The notes under the pieces were generated by a model. The model was given only the letters and a program-made list of their open reading frames with translations, was not told where the DNA came from and ran no database searches. A DNA stretch of 42,340 bases from Bacteroidales bacterium (GTDB lineage Bacteria; Bacteroidota; Bacteroidia; Bacteroidales; UBA12077): NCBI GenBank assembly GCA_028282585.1, contig JANQHR010000035.1:1-42340 (forward strand). Reading direction: 5' to 3'. Below, one piece after another: positions 37,495 to 42,340 of this stretch. The translations under genes and the position numbers were made by a program. How positions within the stretch are numbered: position 1 is the stretch's first letter; each line of letters opens with the position of its first letter.

Positions 37495-37764
37495 ACCATT
37501 TGATTTTTAGTTTGTTAATAAATTAGGACGGAAATTTAGGTAGACTAATTTAATCAGGATTGTTTATTTTTCCAAGGTTTTTATAAAACATTTTATACGA
37601 TATTAACAACCAATACTGATACCCAATATAATGAAGTAATGCTTTTTTAGAAAAATCCACAAAACATATTTTTTTGTATAAAGTGATTTTTAATATGAAT
37701 CTTTATCTTTTATAATTCCAATTATATTCTTATTTTTCAAATTCGTTTCAAAATCAAGAAAATC

Positions 37765-39123
37765 ATGAAAAAACTATTACTTTTTTTAAGCATTATACTA
37801 TTAGTTGCCAGCTGTGCCTCAAAACGATTTACTAAAAAAGCGGTTAAATTTGAAGAAGCTGGATTATACGAAGATGCTGCGGAATATTATTACCAGGCAG
37901 TTAAGAAAAAAGATTCTAATGTTGATGCAAAATTAGGCTTAAGAAAAACAGGCCAAATGACTTTGGATAAAAAACTAGCCGGGTTTACTGCCTCATATAA
38001 ACAATCAGATTATAAAAAGGCTGTTTACAATTATTTAGATGCTGAAAAGTACTACAATAAAGTCAATAGTGTTAAAGTAGAACTTGACTTTCCGGAGTAT
38101 CATAAAGAGTATTACGAGGAAGCAAAAGGTGATTATTTAAATAAAAAATATGCCGATGGTGTGGATAAATTAAATCGGGAAGATTTTACTGCTGCCTTAA
38201 CCGTATTTGAGGAAATAAAAGGAATTGACGCTAACTATAAAGATGTAAAAGATCTATATATCACTGCAAAGTATGAACCCATGTATCGAGATGCAAGTCA
38301 GTTCCTCGAAACCGGTTTATATCGCAAAGCTTATTACACCTACGAAACCATTATTAAAGGTGCCGGAAGTTATAAGCAATCAGTGGCGTTAAAAGATGAA
38401 GCACAGGAAAAAGGAACCATTACCGTATTGGTAAATGATCTTACCTATAGAAATACAAGACAAAGAGAAACAGCAGGTAAAATAACTTCTGATTTAAAGG
38501 GTCAACTAAGCTCGTTAAATAATCCATTTCTTCGAATTATCGACCCTGCATCTTTGAATGTAGATATTTACGAAAATGGACAAATGAATATGCAAGCTGC
38601 AAATCTTGCAGGAATTAAAGCCATTTTATCCGGAAGTGTTACCGAAGTTAGAACAGTAAACGGAAGGTTAAAAAAAGACGAAAAGAGAGGATATATTAAA
38701 AATGTAACGAAAACTAAAGACAAAGAAGGGAATGAAATTGAAAAGGTTTCTTACACTAAAACAATATACCATGAATATAGTAAATCAACCAATGCAAGGT
38801 TATCAATGAGTTATAAACTAGTTTCAACGGAAGATAATTCAGTCCTCGTATCAGATCAGATAAGCCGAAGCAACTCGGATAAAATACATTATGCTGCTTA
38901 CGAAGGAGATAAGAAAAAATTAATCCCGGGATACTGGAAATATAAAGACAGAAGCTCCAGTGAAGATGTTAAAAAAGATAACAAATCCGATATCAATAAA
39001 TTACAAAACCTCTTAAAAGCTGATAAAAATATAAAACCGGCACAAACACTACTGAATGAATTAATGAACAGATCTGTAAAAGAAATTACAAACAAGGTAG
39101 ACAAATATAATCCTGAAAAATAA
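37765..39123 (+). CDS. TPR-like helical lipoprotein
   Basis: Lipobox LVAS-C, a helical Tyr/Ala-rich repeat region and an alpha/beta C-terminal domain. Confidence 0.85.
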   Translation: MKKLLLFLSIILLVASCASKRFTKKAVKFEEAGLYEDAAEYYYQAVKKKDSNVDAKLGLRKTGQMTLDKKLAGFTASYKQSDYKKAVYNYLDAEKYYNKVNSVKVELDFPEYHKEYYEEAKGDYLNKKYADGVDKLNREDFTAALTVFEEIKGIDANYKDVKDLYITAKYEPMYRDASQFLETGLYRKAYYTYETIIKGAGSYKQSVALKDEAQEKGTITVLVNDLTYRNTRQRETAGKITSDLKGQLSSLNNPFLRIIDPASLNVDIYENGQMNMQAANLAGIKAILSGSVTEVRTVNGRLKKDEKRGYIKNVTKTKDKEGNEIEKVSYTKTIYHEYSKSTNARLSMSYKLVSTEDNSVLVSDQISRSNSDKIHYAAYEGDKKKLIPGYWKYKDRSSSEDVKKDNKSDINKLQNLLKADKNIKPAQTLLNELMNRSVKEITNKVDKYNPEK

Positions 39124-40472
39124 TGAGAAAATATGCAATAATTATCCTGGCTATATTTTTGGCATCATGCGCTGCAAAAAAACAAGCCGCAGAATATGAA
39201 GCTCTTCCAAACTGGGTAAAACAAAAGCCAATAATTCCCGGATACTACGTTGGAGTTGCCTCTGTAAAAAAAGTGGGCACATCCGCTCAGTATATAGCCA
39301 AAGCACGTCAGGAAGCTTTAACAGATTTGGCAGAAAGCGTTTCATCCAACGTAAGTGCAACATCTGTTTTAAGAAGTATAGAAACCGAATATGGTTTCTC
39401 TGAAACGTATAATCAAAAAATACAAATAAGTACCGATGATTATCTGGAAGGATTTGATCCGGTTGAATCATATGAAAATGAAGGTTCTTACTGGGTTTAT
39501 TATAAAATAGATAAGGCTACTTATCACGAAATGAAAGAGAAGAGAAAGCAGGAAGCTATTGCAACTGCTCTTGCCAAGTATCAATCGGGAAAGCAGGAAC
39601 AAAATCTGAATAAGCCTAAGGAAGCACTGGCTTTTTACCTGCAAGGTCTACAGGCAATAAAGCGTTATTTAAATGAAGAAACTCCTACCCAACTAAATGG
39701 TAATAATGTAGATATTGGAAACGAACTGTATTCTGCTACAAGCGAAATACTTAACTCACTGGCTATTGAATCAGTGCTTAATCAAATTTCTGTTAAAAGA
39801 GGTGAACTTTTTACAGAGAATCTTGAATTTACAATCACTTACAAGAATAAACCTGTACAAGGTATACCGGTGGAGTTTGCATATACCGGTGGATATTTAA
39901 AAAAGGACCGGCAAACCTCTGATGCAAAAGGATTGGTTCAACTGGAACCTGAAGTTCTATATTCAAGAAATGGCAAGGAACAAATAACTGCAGGCATTAA
40001 TTTAAAAGACCTGGCACAAAAAGCGGTTGACGATTTATTTATTCGCGGTTTAATTCTAAAACGAAAATTAAAACCCGCTACGGTTAACGTTACAATCATA
40101 GCACCGTCTATTGCTTTAAACATAATAGATAGCAGTTGTTCTGAAACTGATTGCGATGAAATTAATAATATATTTAACCAGAACGCTAAACAATTTGGGT
40201 ATGATTTAACTCCCGTTAAATCTGCAGATTTCGTTTTTGAATTATCCTATTCATATCAAAAAGGAGAAAGTGCCGGAGGATTGGTTTCATCCTATATATC
40301 CGGAAAAATTGAAATTAAAAACAGAAAAGGAAACATGGTCTGGACCAAAACTACAGAGAAAATTAAAGGAGTTGGTAATGGTTTAAACCAGGCAAAACAA
40401 GAAGCTTTTAATGAATTTAAAACCGCACTAAACCGGAAATATTTTAAACAGGGAATAGATGGCATCAAATAA
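39123..40472 (+). CDS. LPP20-like lipoprotein
   Basis: Lipobox FLAS-C and P.WV...YYVGV...ARQEALTDLA..V...V motif; coupled to the upstream gene (TAATG overlap). Confidence 0.8.
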   Translation: MRKYAIIILAIFLASCAAKKQAAEYEALPNWVKQKPIIPGYYVGVASVKKVGTSAQYIAKARQEALTDLAESVSSNVSATSVLRSIETEYGFSETYNQKIQISTDDYLEGFDPVESYENEGSYWVYYKIDKATYHEMKEKRKQEAIATALAKYQSGKQEQNLNKPKEALAFYLQGLQAIKRYLNEETPTQLNGNNVDIGNELYSATSEILNSLAIESVLNQISVKRGELFTENLEFTITYKNKPVQGIPVEFAYTGGYLKKDRQTSDAKGLVQLEPEVLYSRNGKEQITAGINLKDLAQKAVDDLFIRGLILKRKLKPATVNVTIIAPSIALNIIDSSCSETDCDEINNIFNQNAKQFGYDLTPVKSADFVFELSYSYQKGESAGGLVSSYISGKIEIKNRKGNMVWTKTTEKIKGVGNGLNQAKQEAFNEFKTALNRKYFKQGIDGIK

Positions 40473-40497
40473 AAGTGGAAATTAATCCACTTTTTTT
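40471..40497 (+). terminator. Intrinsic terminator
   Basis: AAAAGTGGA-AATTAA-TCCACTTTT stem running into a T7 tract, directly at the stop codon. Confidence 0.8.
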
Positions 40498-40570
40498 ATG
40501 AAATATTAAGTAAAATGACTTAAAAAACAATTATTGAACAAGAACAGAATTAATTTAAAATAAAAAAAGA

Positions 40571-41815
40571 ATGAGAAAAATTACTTTGACAATTTTGATA
40601 ACAATTATAATTGTGAGTTTAGGAAAAAGTCAAACCCTAAATGTTCCTGATAATATTGAAACATCTACTAATGTAGGTAATGTTGGCATTGGTACAACAA
40701 CTCCAAATACAAAATTAGAAGTTTATGGTACCCATACTACTGCTAAATTCAGACTATTTTCTATTGGGAATGGTAGTACATTGAATTCATCATTGGATAT
40801 GTGGGCATCAGAACCTGGTGTAACCTATGATGGTGCAGGAATAGGAACAAATGTAAACGGACATCCACATTATGGACGGAGAAATAGTAGTTTATATCAA
40901 TCATATATTAGATTTCAAAATGGAAGTATTGCATTTTCAACAGGAGCAGGAGATGCAGTTGAAAGTGTTAGAATTATTGCTAATGGTAATGTTGGAATTG
41001 GAACAACAAGTACGGATTATAAACTTGAAATTAATGGTACGGTAGGTATTTCAGGGCACTTTACTTCTTTAAGGGCTAGTTCAAATACTTTTCTACGTAA
41101 TGATGATAATGGATTTACAGGTTATGGAAGTGCATCTTCTCTAAGTTCAGGCGCTAATATTCTTTTATACGGCAAAAGTAGCTCTAGGGCAGATGTTTTA
41201 GCCTTTAGAAATAGTGGCGGTGAAAAAATGACTATTGATGCAAATGGAAATGTAGGAATTGGAACAAGTCCTTCAGTAAAATTGGAAGTAAAAGGAACAA
41301 CAACATCTAATCATTTTAAAATTGGTGCAGGTGTTAGAGATTTGACTTTTAGTACAGAATCTAATATTTCCGTTGATGCATTGCACAGATTAACAATAGC
41401 TAGTGTAAATGGAGCCTTTGCTTTTAATAATGCTAATGGTGAGCTTGTAAGGTTCGATGAGTCAGGAAGCGTTGCGATTGGTACTATAGAAACAGGAACT
41501 CATAAACTTGCTGTTGATGGTACAATTGGTGCTAGGGAAATAGTAGTTGAAACGGGTGTTTGGTCTGACTTTGTATTTAATAAAAACTACAAATTAAAAG
41601 ACTTAGAAGAAGTTGAAAACTTTATTAAAGAAAACAACCATTTACCAGACATTCCTTCAGAAAAAGAAGTATTAGAAAATGGAATTCAGGTTGGAGAAAT
41701 GAACGCTAAACTTTTGCAAAAAATTGAAGAGTTAACACTTTACTTGATAGAACAGAATAAAGAAATAAAGGAATTAAAAGAAGAAGTTAAGAACTTAAAA
41801 GAAACGACCAAGTAA
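40571..41815 (+). CDS. Secreted fibre-like protein with GNVGIGT repeats and a C-terminal S74-like chaperone/coiled coil
   Basis: Signal peptide; three GNVGIGT plus one GSVAIGT repeat; C-terminal WSDFVF...HLPDIPS...LLQKIEELTLYLIEQ, a family common in Bacteroidota. Confidence 0.85.
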   Translation: MRKITLTILITIIIVSLGKSQTLNVPDNIETSTNVGNVGIGTTTPNTKLEVYGTHTTAKFRLFSIGNGSTLNSSLDMWASEPGVTYDGAGIGTNVNGHPHYGRRNSSLYQSYIRFQNGSIAFSTGAGDAVESVRIIANGNVGIGTTSTDYKLEINGTVGISGHFTSLRASSNTFLRNDDNGFTGYGSASSLSSGANILLYGKSSSRADVLAFRNSGGEKMTIDANGNVGIGTSPSVKLEVKGTTTSNHFKIGAGVRDLTFSTESNISVDALHRLTIASVNGAFAFNNANGELVRFDESGSVAIGTIETGTHKLAVDGTIGAREIVVETGVWSDFVFNKNYKLKDLEEVENFIKENNHLPDIPSEKEVLENGIQVGEMNAKLLQKIEELTLYLIEQNKEIKELKEEVKNLKETTK

Positions 41816-41827
41816 GCAACAGTTTAT

Positions 41828-42332
41828 AACATTGGGTTATGCATCATGAGTTCCGGGCATTTCAAGCGAGGTTAACCAGGAAACATTTAGCGAAGTACTT
41901 ATAAAAGCTGGCAAGGCTGGAAATTTATTTTTAAAGGCTTGGAAAGCTTTTATAAGTTAGTGAATTTGACGAGTTTATTCAAGCCTCTTTAGAAAGCGTT
42001 TAGGGACATCAGCGGATTGGCTTAAAAATCAAGGGAAGCGAGCGTGAAGAAAATTTTGGTGCCATCGGCACGATCAAAGTTTTTAGGGAGCAACCCGTAG
42101 ATTTTCTTGCCAGGGCGGTGCAGTCCTGGCGTTTTCTTTACTGCTTTCTTTTTGGCGATGCAAAAGAAAGCAGGATTATTTAGTTGTCCAGCATTTCGGG
42201 ATTAAGATTTATAATACAAACCTTTATAATAGATACTGAAGGTAAACAAAACGCTTGGGGCTCTCTTACCCTTGATTGAAGCAGTAGGCAAACTACCTCT
42301 AATTAACAGAACGCACAATGCATAACAATGTT
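41828..42332. repeat. Composite palindromic non-coding element (attC-like ends)
   Basis: Outer inverted repeat AACATT(GG)GTTATGCAT (41828-41844) / ATGCATAACAATGTT (42318-42332). Inner perfect stems at 41897-41909/41945-41957 (13 bp), 42109-42114/42125-42130 and 42141-42152/42162-42173. Confidence 0.55.
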
Positions 42333-42340
42333 TCACCCTA

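Noticed and set aside
37495-37764. LytTR direct-repeat site upstream of the AidA/PixA-like gene
   Set aside because: CCAATA/CGATA-like words occur but at inconsistent spacing in AT-rich DNA, so they cannot be told apart from chance.
74-40123. Other short ORFs in the track overlapping long genes (e.g. 74..337, 2494..2727, 14993..15319, 15848..16162, 20234..20647, 29183..29518, 36757..37026, 39151..39471)
   Set aside because: They are antisense or out-of-frame shadows of better-supported CDSs and have no recognisable motifs.
40571-41815. Prophage tail-fibre gene indicating a prophage
   Set aside because: It carries a Sec signal peptide and no other phage genes are present in the window.
41850-42300. 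tRNA, rRNA, tmRNA or RNase P gene in the GC-richer tail
   Set aside because: I found no cloverleaf with T-loop/CCA and no conserved rRNA, tmRNA or RNase P signature sequences.

Overview
AT-rich Bacteroidota-type chromosomal window. Evidence for the lineage: TAnnTTTG promoter boxes, BlaI/M56 and DUF4252 genes, and a GNVGIGT-repeat protein. The left part (1-15.7 kb) holds two paralogous sigma-54 response regulator/histidine kinase pairs around a MacB/FtsX-type ABC permease, a multi-PAS kinase, a decayed DUF559 nuclease, a DUF4252 gene, a nested palindromic/MITE-like element, a BlaI + M56-M23 unit divergent from a second M23 peptidase, and an Asp/Glu racemase. The centre (15.9-34.2 kb) is the main candidate for an undescribed system. 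It is a co-oriented cluster of a 24-codon leader ORF with an IRAGP motif, small beta-rich proteins, an 1145-aa protein, three tandem signal-peptide-bearing ComEC-type metallo-beta-lactamase-fold hydrolases, and a ~3100-aa protein with ~130-aa beta-rich repeats and LysM-like modules. A convergent LytTR/TPR-kinase pair and an AidA/PixA-like gene follow it. The right end has two lipoproteins, a fibre-like GNVGIGT-repeat protein and a ~500-bp structured non-coding element. I saw no rRNA, tRNA, CRISPR array, integrase or transposase. All family calls come from motif reading by eye, not database searches.
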